From: an uncultured delta proteobacterium
Lineage (GTDB): Bacteria; Desulfobacterota; BSN033; UBA1163
NCBI GenBank assembly: GCA_963827685.1
Contig: CAWHBU010000003.1
Location: 224,001 to 288,000 of the forward strand
Length of the DNA: 64,000 bases
Reading direction: 5' to 3'
Shown in pieces: positions 63,878-64,000 of this stretch; within the stretch, counting starts at the first letter, position 1; each line of letters starts with the position of its first letter. The notes beneath the pieces were generated by a model. It was not told the DNA's origin, made no database searches, and was given only the letters and a program-made list of their open reading frames with translations. The position numbers and the translations under genes were made by a program.

Positions 63878-63990
63878 CACTCTATTTTCGCGGCTTAAAA
63901 GTCTGATGATTCCAATCACAGGATCGTTAATATAGCAGATTCCAGAAGCCCATAAGCTTAGATGAGTTCATAGGTCAATTTGAGTCGGAT
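63878..63990 (-). pseudogene. Deleted remnant of an AcuC/histone-deacetylase-family gene
   Basis: 'IRLKLTYELI*AYGLL' joined out of frame to 'ASGICYINDPVIGIIRLLSRENRV'. Confidence 0.6.
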
Positions 63991-64000
63991 ACCCCGAATG

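Overview
A 64-kb bacterial chromosome segment. Gene content and order suggest an anaerobic Desulfobacterota/deltaproteobacterium; this is inferred, not tested. Most genes are on the minus strand. From left to right: (1) an ABC binding protein, a phenylacetate-CoA-ligase-like gene and a sigma54-driven signalling operon (Zn-ribbon/HAMP membrane sensor plus two DUF4388-like proteins); (2) a catabolic cluster of TRAP transporter, 2-oxoacid:acceptor oxidoreductase, GntR and a LarA-family racemase; (3) a 7.2-kb integron-type array of nine cassettes (17855-25053) with attC sites, an attI-like end and a consensus sigma70 promoter but no integrase, in which five cassettes encode stand-alone PD-(D/E)XK nuclease-like proteins and two attC cores were hit by IS1182-like elements; (4) mixed housekeeping and accessory genes, a candidate structured leader RNA and an IS630; (5) the core block purC, ispG, ahcY, metK, PTS-Ntr genes, rpoN, lptBAC, kdsD, pyrG, apgM. 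Seven genes carry apparent +1 frameshifts, and six of these fall at a GAGC/GCTC motif, which may be a sequencing footprint of a DNA modification. Intergenic regions are rich in nested palindromic mini-elements and 7-8-mer tandem repeats. All family assignments come from motif recognition by eye; no searches were run.
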